In this document: positions 44,114 through 54,150 of the stretch, piece by piece | Layout of the letters: every line of letters starts with the position of its first letter | Numbering within the stretch: position 1 is the stretch's first letter | Origin: an uncultured Desulfobacterales bacterium | Lineage (GTDB): Bacteria > Desulfobacterota > Desulfobaccia > Desulfobaccales > 0-14-0-80-60-11 | Length of the DNA: 64,000 bases | Direction: 5' to 3' | NCBI GenBank assembly: GCA_964480485.1 | Contig: CAYZOP010000003.1 | Location: 184,057 to 248,056 of the forward strand | The notes under the pieces: model-generated | What the model saw: the letters and a program-made list of their open reading frames with translations, nothing else | Told to the model about the DNA's origin: nothing | Databases searched by the model: none | Made by a program: the position numbers and the translations under genes

Positions 44114-44890
44114 ATGGCGGAACCTCTGGGTTATCTGCAAAACTTCCTCCTGGTGGGCCTGCGCACCTTATGCATCCTGGCCTTCTGGCCGTTGTGGGAC
44201 AGCCGGCTGGTGCCCCTGCCAATCCGCATCGCTTCAGTCCTCGCCATTGCCCTGGCCCTCACCCCCCAGGCGGCGCCGAGTCTGCCCCCCTGGCCCCCGT
44301 CATGGTTCGCCCTATCGGTTCTGGTGTTGCAGGAATTCGGCCTGGGGTTTTGCCTGGGGCTGGCGATGCGCTTCCTCATGGCCGGCATCCAAATGGCCGG
44401 CAACCTGGCAGCGGTGCAGATGGGCTTTGGCATGGTCACCCTGATAGATCCCCAGAGTCAGGCCCAAAATGCCGTGCTGGGCGATCTCTTGGCCAAACTG
44501 GCCACGCTCCTGTTTCTGCTCAGCGACGGGCACCATCTGCTGCTCATGCTGTTGGCCCGGAGTTTCGGGGAACTGCCCATGGGGGCCACTCTGGGATGGT
44601 CCGCCGGGTTGGGCCGCACCCTCGTTGCCCTGGGGGCCGGCATGTTTCAGGTGGCAGTTCAACTGGGCGCCCCTATCCTGGCTATCCTCTTTCTCACTCA
44701 GGTGGCCTTGGGGCTGGTATCCCGGGCCATTCCCCAGGTGCAGGTAATGCTCTTGAGCTTCCCCCTCACCATCGCTTTGGGGCTGTTGACCCTTTCCCTG
44801 ACGCTTGCCCTGGCGGGCCCGTATCTCGTCCATCGGTTTCGTGAGCTTGAGCAACCCGTTTCCCTCATACTCCATGCCCTCAAAGGATGA
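44114..44890 (+). CDS. fliR: flagellar export apparatus protein FliR
   Basis: Polytopic protein of about 258 aa in the conserved position. GGAG lies upstream of the ATG at 44114. Confidence 0.9.
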   Translation: MAEPLGYLQNFLLVGLRTLCILAFWPLWDSRLVPLPIRIASVLAIALALTPQAAPSLPPWPPSWFALSVLVLQEFGLGFCLGLAMRFLMAGIQMAGNLAAVQMGFGMVTLIDPQSQAQNAVLGDLLAKLATLLFLLSDGHHLLLMLLARSFGELPMGATLGWSAGLGRTLVALGAGMFQVAVQLGAPILAILFLTQVALGLVSRAIPQVQVMLLSFPLTIALGLLTLSLTLALAGPYLVHRFRELEQPVSLILHALKG

Positions 44891-44893
44891 GCC

Positions 44894-45970
44894 ATGGCCG
44901 AGGATTCCTTCCAGGACCGCACCGAACAGCCCACCCCAAAGCGTCGTAGCGAGGCCCGACGTGAAGGACGCCTCGCCCGCAGCCGGGACCTGGGCACGGC
45001 CGTGTTCCTCATGGCCGCCGTGGGGTTTTTGGCGGTCTGGACCCCCTGGGCGGCGGGTAACTGCGAAAAGCTGCTCCGCTCCTGGCTGGAAAGCCTCCAG
45101 CCCGGTCGGCTGAACCCCGCGGATCTCACCGGTTTAGGGGGGCGGTGCACCCTCACCCTGGGAGTCATCCTGAGTCCGGTGCTTCTGGGCTTGGCCGCAG
45201 CTTCTCTGGGCGCCAACCTTATCCAGGGGGGCTGGGTGTTTGCCCCTCAACGGCTGGCGCCCGATTTTTCCCGACTGCAACCCTTAAACGGCTTCAAGCG
45301 ACTGTTTTCCGGGCAGTCCCTGGCGGAACTTGGCAAAGCCCTGGCCAAGGCGGCGGCCATCGGTGGCCTGGCTTATGTCAGCCTGAGCCGCCTGTTGCCT
45401 CACCTGCCGGCATTGCTGCTGCAGGACCCCGTTCACCTGGCCCCTTTCCTTAAGACCCAGGGGATGGGCCTGACCTGGCGCATCCTGCCGGTTTTCCTGG
45501 TCTTGGGAGGCCTGGACTATCTGCATCAGCGTCACCGGTTCGAAAAAAGCTTGAGGATGACCAAACAGGAAGTAAAGGAAGAGATGCGCCAGGTGGAAGG
45601 CGACCCCCGGATCAAGGCCAGGATGCGGAGTCTGATGCGGCAAATGGCCACCAAGCGGATGATGGCCGACGTCCCCAAGGCGGATGTGGTCATTACCAAC
45701 CCCACCCATGTGGCAGTGGCCTTGCAATACGACGGAGCCTCCATGGCCGCCCCCCGGGTGGTGGCTAAGGGCCAGGGATTCGTGGCCCTGAAAATCATGG
45801 CCCTGGCTCAGGAAGTGGGGGTCCCCATGGTGCAAAATGTGACCTTGGCCCGGTCCCTCTATAAAACCGTGGAGGTGGGCGAATTCATTCCCACCTCCCT
45901 CTATCGGGCGGTGGCCGAAGTCCTGGCCTATGTCTACAGTCTCAGAGCCGTAGCGGCAGGTGACCGATGA
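44894..45970 (+). CDS. flhB: flagellar export switch protein FlhB
   Basis: MAEDSFQDRTEQPTPKRRSEARREG and the autocleavage site VVITNPTHVAVAL. Confidence 0.95.
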   Translation: MAEDSFQDRTEQPTPKRRSEARREGRLARSRDLGTAVFLMAAVGFLAVWTPWAAGNCEKLLRSWLESLQPGRLNPADLTGLGGRCTLTLGVILSPVLLGLAAASLGANLIQGGWVFAPQRLAPDFSRLQPLNGFKRLFSGQSLAELGKALAKAAAIGGLAYVSLSRLLPHLPALLLQDPVHLAPFLKTQGMGLTWRILPVFLVLGGLDYLHQRHRFEKSLRMTKQEVKEEMRQVEGDPRIKARMRSLMRQMATKRMMADVPKADVVITNPTHVAVALQYDGASMAAPRVVAKGQGFVALKIMALAQEVGVPMVQNVTLARSLYKTVEVGEFIPTSLYRAVAEVLAYVYSLRAVAAGDR

Positions 45971-48069
45971 CCCAGGCGGCGCACCTCCCGACCCAGGCCT
46001 TGCCCCGGATGGGCCTCCACAAGGGCGAACTCTTTGTGGCCCTGGGAGTGATCGTCACTCTGCTGGTCATGATCTTCCCCCTGCCCCGGACGCTCTTGGA
46101 TCTGCTGTTAAGTTTCAACCTCACCTTTTCCCTGATGGTGCTGCTCCTCTCCCTCTACACCATCAAGCCCATCGAATTTTTTATCTTCCCCTCCCTGTTA
46201 TTGGTAACCACCCTGTTCCGCCTCTCCCTGAGCGTGGCTTCCACCCGTCTCATCCTCCTCCACGGCGGGGAGGGCCTGGAGGCCGCCGGGGTGGTCATCC
46301 GTTCCTTCGGCAGCTTCGTGGTGGGCGGCAATTTTGTCGTTGGCGGCGTGATTTTCACGATCCTGGTAATCATCAATTTCATTGTCATCATCAAAGGTTC
46401 AACCCGCATCGCCGAAGTAGCGGCCCGCTTTACCCTGGACGCCATGCCCGGGAAGCAGATGAGCATCGACGCGGATCTCAACTCCGGTTACATCGATGAT
46501 CAGGAAGCCCGCCGCCGCCGGGCCAACCTAGCCCGGGAGAGCGAGTTCTACGGGGCCATGGACGGCGCCTCCAAGTTTGTCCGGGGCGAGGCCATGGCTG
46601 GTCTTTTGATCATGGTGATCAATATCCTCGGCGGGCTGATCATCGGGCTGGCCCAACACGGCCTCTCCCTGGCCGAGGCCGCCCAAACCTTCACCCTGTT
46701 GACCATCGGCGAAGGCTTGGTGAATCAGATTCCTGCCCTGTTCGTCTCCACCGCCGCCGGTTTGGTGGTCAGTAAAGCGGCTTCCGAAGCCAGTCTGGGG
46801 GAAGAATATGCCGCCCAATTCGTCCTGAAACCGCAGGCCATGAGCGTGGCTGCCGGCATCATCTGTCTGGTGGGCTTGGTCCCGGGTCTCCCTCATCTGC
46901 CATTTTTGATCCTGGCCGGCGTCACCGGGTCGCTTTCGTACCTCGCCTGGAAGGTCCGGCACCGGGAAGCGAGGGAGGCTGACCGCCAACAGGCGGCTGC
47001 TCCCCGCCGGAAAGAAGAAGACCCCTTGGATCATCTGCCGGCCCTGGATCTGTTGGAAGTGCAGATCGGCTACGGATTGATTCCCTTGGTGGATGAAGCC
47101 CAGGATGGCGAACTCCTGGAACGCGTCCGGGCGTTGCGGCGGCAATTCGCCCAGGAAATGGGGGTGGTGATTCCGCCGATACACATCCGGGACAATCTGC
47201 AATTCAAACCCGGGGGCTACGGCATCCTGATCAAGGGGGTAGAGGTGGCTCGGGGTGAGATTATGGTGGGTTGTTACTTGGCCCTGAGTCCCGGGGACAC
47301 TTTGAGGCAGATCGAGGGAATCCCCACCCGGGAGCCCACCTTTAACCTGCCGGCCATGTGGATTAATGCCTCCCGCAAGGAGGAGGCCCAGCACCTGGGC
47401 TACACCGTCGTCAATCCCGCCAGTGTCATTATCACACACTTGGCGGAGCTCATTCGCAGCCATTGCGATGAATTGCTGGGACGCCAGGAGGTCCAGCGCC
47501 TCCTGGACCGGTTGGCCAAAACCCACCCCAAGGTGGTGGAGGAATTAGTGCCTGGGCTTCTCCCTCTGGGGGTGATTCAGAAAGTTCTGCAAAACCTGGT
47601 GCGCGAGCGGGTGTCCATCCGCGATTTCCTGACCATCATGGAGACCCTGGCAGATTACGGGGCCTTCACCAAGGATCCGGATGTGTTGACGGAATACGTC
47701 CGTCAACGTTTGGGGCGCGCCTTGACCCAGGCCCTGGAGTCGCCTGAACGCCGCCTGCTAGTGTTCACCCTGGACCCCGGCATCGAGGACCTCATCAAGG
47801 ACAGCTTGCAACGCAGTGATTACGGGGTTTATCTGGCAATAAACCCAGAAGTCGCGGAAGCGATCCTCAAATCCTTGCGTGAGGCCACGGAACGGGCCGC
47901 GAAGCAAAACCTCCCCCCGGTGGTGGTCTGCTCACCCACCGTCAGACGGCACCTGGCCCGGCTCGTGGACCGACACCTTCCCAACCTCAGGGTGCTGTCC
48001 CATGGCGAATTGGTCACCGATGGCACAATCCAATCATTGGGGGTGGTGAGTTTAGGCCATGGAGCTTAG
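45967..48069 (+). CDS. flhA: flagellar export gate protein FlhA
   Basis: 700 aa, FPSLLLVTTLFRLSLSVASTRLIL...ARFTLDAMPGKQMSIDADL. ATGA overlap with flhB. Confidence 0.97.
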   Translation: MTQAAHLPTQALPRMGLHKGELFVALGVIVTLLVMIFPLPRTLLDLLLSFNLTFSLMVLLLSLYTIKPIEFFIFPSLLLVTTLFRLSLSVASTRLILLHGGEGLEAAGVVIRSFGSFVVGGNFVVGGVIFTILVIINFIVIIKGSTRIAEVAARFTLDAMPGKQMSIDADLNSGYIDDQEARRRRANLARESEFYGAMDGASKFVRGEAMAGLLIMVINILGGLIIGLAQHGLSLAEAAQTFTLLTIGEGLVNQIPALFVSTAAGLVVSKAASEASLGEEYAAQFVLKPQAMSVAAGIICLVGLVPGLPHLPFLILAGVTGSLSYLAWKVRHREAREADRQQAAAPRRKEEDPLDHLPALDLLEVQIGYGLIPLVDEAQDGELLERVRALRRQFAQEMGVVIPPIHIRDNLQFKPGGYGILIKGVEVARGEIMVGCYLALSPGDTLRQIEGIPTREPTFNLPAMWINASRKEEAQHLGYTVVNPASVIITHLAELIRSHCDELLGRQEVQRLLDRLAKTHPKVVEELVPGLLPLGVIQKVLQNLVRERVSIRDFLTIMETLADYGAFTKDPDVLTEYVRQRLGRALTQALESPERRLLVFTLDPGIEDLIKDSLQRSDYGVYLAINPEVAEAILKSLREATERAAKQNLPPVVVCSPTVRRHLARLVDRHLPNLRVLSHGELVTDGTIQSLGVVSLGHGA

Positions 48070-49234
48070 AACCTTTGTCGGCAGAGACTACCAGGAGACT
48101 CTGGCCCGGATCAGGCAGGAACTGGGGCCCGAGGCCGTTATACTCTCCACCCGGGCACGCCAGGTTCTTCGCAGCGGCTCCACCCAACCGCGCCGCCGGG
48201 AGGTCCAAGTCACCGCCGCCACCGGGCCTCCCCCCTCAGGCTTGAGAGAGACCGGACCTGCCCTCGCCGCAGCAGAGACCCCGGTTCGGCTCGCAGACTT
48301 TGAGGCCCTTCGGGAGGAGATTCGGGATTTGAAAACCCTCCTGCGCGAACGTCAGCACAGCTCCCTCCACCGGGACTTGATTCACTCTCAGCCGGAGGTG
48401 GCGGCCCTCTACCACGAACTCGCCAGGCTGGGGGTGCAAGAACCGGTGATCGCCAAATGGCTTCAGCAGGTGCAAATCCTGCTGCGGCCAGACGCGCAAA
48501 AGCGGCTGGGACGCCAAGCAGTGCTGCACGCGCTGATGCAGTCCTTCTCAGTAGCCGATCCCTGGGAGTCAGCCGGGGACGGCCCCCGGTGCTGGGCCTT
48601 TTTGGGAACCGCCGGTGTGGGCAAAACGACCACTTTGGCCAAGCTGGCAGTGGTTGCGGCATTGGCCCGCAAGCAGCGGGTGGGGTTGATCTCCCTGGAT
48701 CACCAGCGGCTTGGGGCCATGGAGCAGTTAGCCGCCTTTGCCCGCCTCACCGATTTACCGTTCCTGAATGTGCATGGCAGAACGGAATTGATCCAGGCCG
48801 TCACCGCCATGCACCACCTGGACTGCATCTTTATTGACACACCCGGGCGAAACCCTCATGAGCCTATTCTCGGCCGGGAACTGAAAGAGCTGCTGGGTGA
48901 CCTTCCCCACCTGCAGTGCCACTTGCTCATCAGCGCCGGGGCGGCTGAAAGCCTCCTGGCCGCCACCATCAAGGGTTTCGGGGCCCTTCCCCTCGCCTCC
49001 CTGATTCTTGCCAAGGTGGATGAAAACCCGGAACCCGGCGGTTGGTTCAATCAAATCTGCTTGAGCGGCCTGTCCCTCTCGTTTCTTACCACCGGTCCGA
49101 GGGTGCCGGAAGACCTGGTGCCGGCCAGCCGACCCCTGGTGGTATCCCTGTTGTTGGGAAGCACGGCCCTTTCCCAGGAGACCGAGGTCCCTGACACGCA
49201 ACCTTGTGAGGTCAACCATCATGCAGGCTTGTAA
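48059..49234 (+). CDS. flhF: flagellar SRP-type GTPase FlhF
   Basis: WAFLGTAGVGKTTTLAKLA (G1), FIDTPGR (G3) and ILAKVDE (G4). Confidence 0.9.
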   Translation: MELRTFVGRDYQETLARIRQELGPEAVILSTRARQVLRSGSTQPRRREVQVTAATGPPPSGLRETGPALAAAETPVRLADFEALREEIRDLKTLLRERQHSSLHRDLIHSQPEVAALYHELARLGVQEPVIAKWLQQVQILLRPDAQKRLGRQAVLHALMQSFSVADPWESAGDGPRCWAFLGTAGVGKTTTLAKLAVVAALARKQRVGLISLDHQRLGAMEQLAAFARLTDLPFLNVHGRTELIQAVTAMHHLDCIFIDTPGRNPHEPILGRELKELLGDLPHLQCHLLISAGAAESLLAATIKGFGALPLASLILAKVDENPEPGGWFNQICLSGLSLSFLTTGPRVPEDLVPASRPLVVSLLLGSTALSQETEVPDTQPCEVNHHAGL

Positions 49235-50090
49235 ACCCGCACCCTTGCCTTCCTCATCCAGGGACGGAATCTCCTCCTCCCCCCCCAGGGTGATCGCGGT
49301 GACTTCCGGCAAAGGGGGGGTGGGAAAATCCAATCTGGTGGTAAATGTCGGCATAGCCCTGGCACGCCAGGGTCGGCAGGTGCTGTTGATTGATGCCGAC
49401 CTGGGATTGGGGAACCTGGATATCCTCTTGGGGTTGCACCCCTCCTGTACGATTCACGACGTCCTGGCGCATCGCAAGAGCCTTTCCGAGGTCCTGGTGG
49501 AGGGTCCGGAAGGCATCAAAATCCTCCCCGCCTCCTCGGGAATCCCGGAAATGGCCGAACTGGACAGCCGGCAAAAATTGTTCCTCTTGCATGAATTGGA
49601 TACGTTCTCTCCCGATCTGGATGTGGTGCTCATCGATACCGGGGCGGGAATATCCCGCAATGTCCTGTTCTTCAACATCGCCGCCCAGGAAATCCTGGTG
49701 GTGGCCAACCATGAGCCAACCTCCCTCACCGATGCCTATGCCCTCATCAAGGTCCTGGCAACCCAGCACGGCGAACGGCACTTCCGCCTGGTGGTCAACG
49801 GCATAGCCGACCCTGCCGAAGGCCGGGCGGTGTACCGCACCCTGCTCAACGTCACCGATCGCTTCCTGGGACAAGAGATCTCATTGGACTTCCTGGGAGC
49901 CATCCCCCATGACGAAGCCCTGGGACGGGCTGTGTTACGGCAGCAGGCCGTCCTGCAGCTCTACCCCAAGGCCAGGGTAAGTCGCTGGATCACCCAACTG
50001 GCCCAGCGGTTGTGGGAATCTGCCCCGCTGGTCCCCAGCCGGGGCAACGTCAAATTCTTCTGGCAGCGTCTGGCGCACACGCCGATGTAA
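49221..50090 (+). CDS. flhG: MinD/ParA-type flagellar number regulator FlhG (FleN/YlxH)
   Basis: VIAVTSGKGGVGKSNLVVNVGIALA (deviant Walker A) and LLIDADLGLGNLD. An alternative GTG start exists at 49206. Confidence 0.9.
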   Translation: MQACKPAPLPSSSRDGISSSPPRVIAVTSGKGGVGKSNLVVNVGIALARQGRQVLLIDADLGLGNLDILLGLHPSCTIHDVLAHRKSLSEVLVEGPEGIKILPASSGIPEMAELDSRQKLFLLHELDTFSPDLDVVLIDTGAGISRNVLFFNIAAQEILVVANHEPTSLTDAYALIKVLATQHGERHFRLVVNGIADPAEGRAVYRTLLNVTDRFLGQEISLDFLGAIPHDEALGRAVLRQQAVLQLYPKARVSRWITQLAQRLWESAPLVPSRGNVKFFWQRLAHTPM

Positions 50091-50100
50091 AGGTCAGGGA

Positions 50101-50904
50101 ATGATGAAAAAGCAATCATTGGCGCAAGTTCAGGCAAAAGCCGGCCCGGAGCAGTGGCCGCCAGTGGTGGATGCCGCCTGGCAGGAGCAGATGGTGGTCC
50201 AGTATGCCCCTCTAATCAAATATATCGCCAGTCGTCTGGCGTTGAGGCTTCCTTCCCACATCTCCCTGGATGATCTCATCAGCTCCGGAATCATCGGCCT
50301 CATCGATGCCATTCATAAGTTTGACCCGGGCAAGAATATCAGTTTCAAAACCTACGCCGAGTTTCGCATTAAAGGGGCTATTTTTGATGAGTTGCGCAGT
50401 TTGGACTGGATTCCCCGGTCCGTCCGGAAAAAGTCCCACGTGATCGAAAAGGCGTACGCCGACTTGGAACGGCATCTGGGCAGACCGGCGGAGGCCGAAG
50501 AGGTTTGCCAGGCTTTGGGTATGGAATTGGAAGAATTCTATCAGCTCCTGGATGAGACTAAGAGCATCTCCCTGGTGGAGCTGGAAAGCGTTTGGAAGGC
50601 AAACCGGCCAGTTCCGGAGCTTAGCGAAACCGAGATTTCCGAGATCCTCCAGGACGACTCCACCCGTGATCCCTTCCTGGTTTTGCACTTTGCCGAGTTG
50701 CAAGGAATTTTGGTAAAGGCCATCGACTCCCTGCCGGATAAGGAAAAACTTCTGGTATCCCTCTATTACTATGAAGAACTTACCATGAAGGAAATCGGAG
50801 AAATCATGGGGTATACCGAATCCCGCATCTCCCAGTTGCACACCCAGGCCATGCTGCGGCTTCGGGGTAAGCTAAAGGATGCCCTTAATCCCGGGAGCGG
50901 CTGA
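50101..50904 (+). CDS. fliA: flagellar sigma factor sigma-28 (FliA/WhiG)
   Basis: LISSGIIGLIDAIHKFDPGKNISFKTYAEFRIKGAIFDELR (region 2) and ELTMKEIGEIMGYTESRISQLH (region 4). Confidence 0.95.
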   Translation: MMKKQSLAQVQAKAGPEQWPPVVDAAWQEQMVVQYAPLIKYIASRLALRLPSHISLDDLISSGIIGLIDAIHKFDPGKNISFKTYAEFRIKGAIFDELRSLDWIPRSVRKKSHVIEKAYADLERHLGRPAEAEEVCQALGMELEEFYQLLDETKSISLVELESVWKANRPVPELSETEISEILQDDSTRDPFLVLHFAELQGILVKAIDSLPDKEKLLVSLYYYEELTMKEIGEIMGYTESRISQLHTQAMLRLRGKLKDALNPGSG

Positions 50905-51350
50905 TGGCAGGCCATGGAACCCCGGCTGGCAAACGATGGGGCGCCATCCTGCTCCTGGCGCTGTCCCTGGTGCATGGCTGGCAGGAAGTCGCCAGAGCCG
51001 GGATAAGCAGCGACGGAGCGGCAGACCCCCCGGCAGTTCTCCCACGCTCCTCAGACCTCGGCCCTCATGCAGGGTCGTCAGTGATCCTTGCCCCTTTTTA
51101 TGTTTTTCGGGAAGAGGGGGCCCGGGCGTGGCTGGAAAGAATCCAGGTAACCGTGAAGGGAGTGGGGCCGCTCAATACCCCAGGGACCGTGGACACAGCG
51201 GAGGTTCGCCAAGCCATCCAGGAGGCCCTGCACGGCGCAGGAGAAGAGGCAGCGATTGCTGAGCGCCTGCAGCGAACACTCGGCCCGCTGCTGAAAATGG
51301 GCCGGGAGCCGCAGGTACACCTCAGTCGCTGCTTTCTGCTCCTGCCCTGA
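50904..51350 (+). CDS. hypothetical secreted/anchored protein, possibly a divergent FliL-like paralog
   Basis: The ATG overlaps the fliA stop (TGATG). It has an N-terminal hydrophobic segment (WGAILLLALSLVHG). The C-terminal SVILAPFYVFREEGARAWLERIQVTVKG...VHLSRCFLLLP parallels the FliL pattern LEPFLVNL...YLKIKMEVEV...VFFTEFVAQ. The similarity is by eye only. Confidence 0.55.
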   Translation: MAGHGTPAGKRWGAILLLALSLVHGWQEVARAGISSDGAADPPAVLPRSSDLGPHAGSSVILAPFYVFREEGARAWLERIQVTVKGVGPLNTPGTVDTAEVRQAIQEALHGAGEEAAIAERLQRTLGPLLKMGREPQVHLSRCFLLLP

Positions 51351-51359
51351 AAAAAAGCC

Positions 51360-51548
51360 ATGGATACCATCGAACTCCCTAAAATTACCGAGCTTCTCAA
51401 CCAGAAACCTCCCGGCGACGGCCATGGCCAACGGGAGCGTCCAGAATTCCGAAAGCATGAGGCGGGTAACCGACCCGACCCAGTGTCCGTCAACCCCGAG
51501 GCCGCATCAGAACCAGACACCAAAAGGCTGGTGGACCTCATGGTGTAG
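51360..51548 (+). CDS. small hypothetical protein (62 aa)
   Basis: ORF MDTIELPKITELLNQKPPGDGHGQRERPEF... lies 9 nt after the previous gene. It has no clear RBS and no recognisable family. Confidence 0.3.
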   Translation: MDTIELPKITELLNQKPPGDGHGQRERPEFRKHEAGNRPDPVSVNPEAASEPDTKRLVDLMV

Positions 51549-51571
51549 CGGCACGTGAAGGAGAGACAACG

Positions 51572-52015
51572 GTGAAGAACCTGGAATACTGGCTTCTCGC
51601 GCAAGCTGGCGTAGAACTCTTGCTGATAGGGCTGGTGGCCCTGTTCCTCTATAAGACCAAGAGTCTTGGCCGGAAGCTGACAGCATTGGCAGCGGCTGAG
51701 AACCCCGTGGCCGGCAAGGTGGAGGACCTCACCCGGAAGATGGGAGAATGGGAACGGCGCCTGAAGCTTGCCGAGGAATTGACCCACGTTCTGGCCGAGC
51801 GCCTGGGGGCGTTGTCGGCCGGTCAGCCCTCCATGGGCGGGTTCCCCTCCCCCCCCATGCCATCCTCGGAACGGCACCGGGGGGCCAGCCTGCGGGCGCA
51901 GGTGGAGGCCCTTTCCCGGCAGGGGTTCCCGCCCGAGGACATCGCCCGTCGATTGGGGCTGCAACTGGCCGAGGTCAAGGTGGCGCTGGATCTGGCCCGG
52001 GTGCGGCCAGCGTGA
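51572..52015 (+). CDS. membrane-anchored coiled-coil protein with C-terminal HTH-like segment (DUF2802-like, flagellar-locus associated)
   Basis: GTG start with a GAAGGAG RBS. It has an N-terminal TM segment (WLLAQAGVELLLIGLVALFLY). The C-terminal LSRQGFPPEDIARRLGLQLAEVKVALDL resembles the small HTH of DUF2802 proteins; the family call is from memory. Confidence 0.6.
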   Translation: MKNLEYWLLAQAGVELLLIGLVALFLYKTKSLGRKLTALAAAENPVAGKVEDLTRKMGEWERRLKLAEELTHVLAERLGALSAGQPSMGGFPSPPMPSSERHRGASLRAQVEALSRQGFPPEDIARRLGLQLAEVKVALDLARVRPA

Positions 52016-52303
52016 GCCTTCGGGGCTTTCCCTTCTCACCCCGGGCCCGCCGCCCCGTCATTGTGTCCCTTCCTGATTTGCGCTACACTCAACATCCATG
52101 ACCTGATATCTTTTTCCCTGCGCAGTTGGGAGGCGGGACCGGGAAGGATCTCCTCCCCGCTCCCGCTTACCCCCAGGCAACCTCAGCAACGCTTGGGTGA
52201 GGATGCGGGTAAGGGCGAGGTTGCAGGGCCTGTGCCCCGGTTTGCGGGGCTGGTGATCCAGAGCTTGCATCAAGGGACTTCATAGCATGCCTGGGAAGGG
52301 ACA

Positions 52304-54022
52304 ATGGATCTGAACCGCTGGCGACGCCGGCTTGATGTGGCTCAGGGCCGGGCCGCCGCCGAGCTGGTGCTCACGGGCGGCCGGGTGGCCAATGTCTATA
52401 CCGGGGAGTGGCTGGAGCAAGAGGTGGCCCTCTTCGACGGGGTGGTGGCGGGATTCGGGGATTATCCCGGTCCCCGCCTGGATCTGGGGGGCCGCTTTCT
52501 CCTGCCCGGTTTCATCGACGGCCACCTCCACCTGGAAAGCAGCATGCTCGCCCCCGGGGAACTGGCCCGGGCCCTCCTTCCCCGGGGCACCACCGCAGTA
52601 GTGGCCGACCCACATGAGATCGTCAACGTTTGGGGCACGGCGGGGCTGGATTATCTCCTGGCCGCCAGCCAGGACCTCCCCCTGGACATTTTTTTCATGC
52701 TGCCCTCGTGCGTTCCGGCCACCCGGCTGGAGACAGCCGGGGCCCGGGTGGAGGCCCCGGACCTGGCGCCGTACCGGCATTTGCCCCGGGTCGTGGGACT
52801 GGCGGAAATGATGAATGTTCCCGGAGTCCTGGCCGGAGATGCCCAGCTTTTTGCCAAACTGGCGCTCTATCCTGAAGGGCCGGTGGACGGCCACGCGCCC
52901 CTGCTCTCCGGCCATGGCCTACAGGCCTACCGGCTGAGCGGCATCGGCTCGGACCATGAGTGCACCGAAGCCGGGGAAGCCCTGGAAAAGCTGCGGCTGG
53001 GGTTTTACCTTATGGCCCGGGAAGGCAGTTTGGCCCGCAACCTGGCGGACCTCCTGCCGGGGGTGCCGCCGGCCGCCTGGCGCCGGGTCCTGCTGGTAAC
53101 CGATGACTGCCATCCCGAGGACCTGGCCCACCGGGGACACCTGGATCAGCGCCTGGCCTTGGCGGTCAGCCTGGGGGTTAATCCCCTCACCGCCATTGCC
53201 CTGGTTACCCTGAATCCCGCCGAATACTTTCGCCTGCGGGACCGGGGCGCGGTGGCCCCGGGACTGGCCGCCGACTTGGTGGTGGTGGAGGACCTGCAAC
53301 AATTTCGAGTGGTCATGGTCTTTAAGAACGGACGGCTGGTGGCCGAACGCGGGCATTTGGTGGCCGACCTGGAGCTGCCGGCGCCTCCTGCGCCCCCCTC
53401 CTCCTTCCAGGTTAAAGGCCTGAACTCGGAAGCCCTGGCACCTCCGGTGGAGGGTGAAACGGTCAAGGTCATCGGCCTCATCCCCGGCCAACTCCTCACG
53501 GAAAAGCGGGTGTTGCCCACGCCAGCCAGCGCTGGCCGGCTGGCGGCCGATCCGGACCGGGATCTTTTAAAACTGGCGGTCATCGAACGCCACCATGGCA
53601 CCGGCAACCTCGGCCTGGGGCTGGTCCAGGGGTTCGGCTTGCGGCAGGGCGCCCTGGCCTCTTCCGTGGCCCACGATTCCCACAACCTGGTGGTGGTGGG
53701 GGCCGACGACCAGGACATGCTCTGGGCCGCCGAGCATCTCATCCGGCTCCAGGGCGGCCTAGCCGTGGTGGCCGGCGGCCGGGTGCTGGCCGACCTGCCG
53801 CTGCCCATCGCCGGATTGGTCTGCAACGCCCCTCTGGAGGAAGTGGTCCAGGCCCACCGGCAGCTCAAAGAGGCATACCGGTCCTTGGGTGGTACCCTGC
53901 CCGACCCGTTCATGGCCCTCTCCTTTCTGGCCCTGCCGGTCATTCCGGCCCTGAAACTCACCGACTTGGGGCTGGTGGACGTGAACCGGTTCCGGCTGGT
54001 ATCGCTGTTCGGCGAGGATTGA
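52304..54022 (+). CDS. ade: adenine deaminase
   Basis: LVLTGGRVANVYTGEW...LLPGFIDGHLHLESSML...GTTAVVADPHEI. 572 aa. Confidence 0.92.
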   Translation: MDLNRWRRRLDVAQGRAAAELVLTGGRVANVYTGEWLEQEVALFDGVVAGFGDYPGPRLDLGGRFLLPGFIDGHLHLESSMLAPGELARALLPRGTTAVVADPHEIVNVWGTAGLDYLLAASQDLPLDIFFMLPSCVPATRLETAGARVEAPDLAPYRHLPRVVGLAEMMNVPGVLAGDAQLFAKLALYPEGPVDGHAPLLSGHGLQAYRLSGIGSDHECTEAGEALEKLRLGFYLMAREGSLARNLADLLPGVPPAAWRRVLLVTDDCHPEDLAHRGHLDQRLALAVSLGVNPLTAIALVTLNPAEYFRLRDRGAVAPGLAADLVVVEDLQQFRVVMVFKNGRLVAERGHLVADLELPAPPAPPSSFQVKGLNSEALAPPVEGETVKVIGLIPGQLLTEKRVLPTPASAGRLAADPDRDLLKLAVIERHHGTGNLGLGLVQGFGLRQGALASSVAHDSHNLVVVGADDQDMLWAAEHLIRLQGGLAVVAGGRVLADLPLPIAGLVCNAPLEEVVQAHRQLKEAYRSLGGTLPDPFMALSFLALPVIPALKLTDLGLVDVNRFRLVSLFGED

Positions 54023-54150
54023 GGTCCAGCCCCGCCAGATGCCGCCGCCCCCCCACCTGAAATCGTGAACGGCTTCCGGCTCCGGCGGCTGCCAGGCAAG
54101 GAGTATTCCCTGGGAAAATGTGATAAAATATAACCTGGTTAGGAGTGGTT

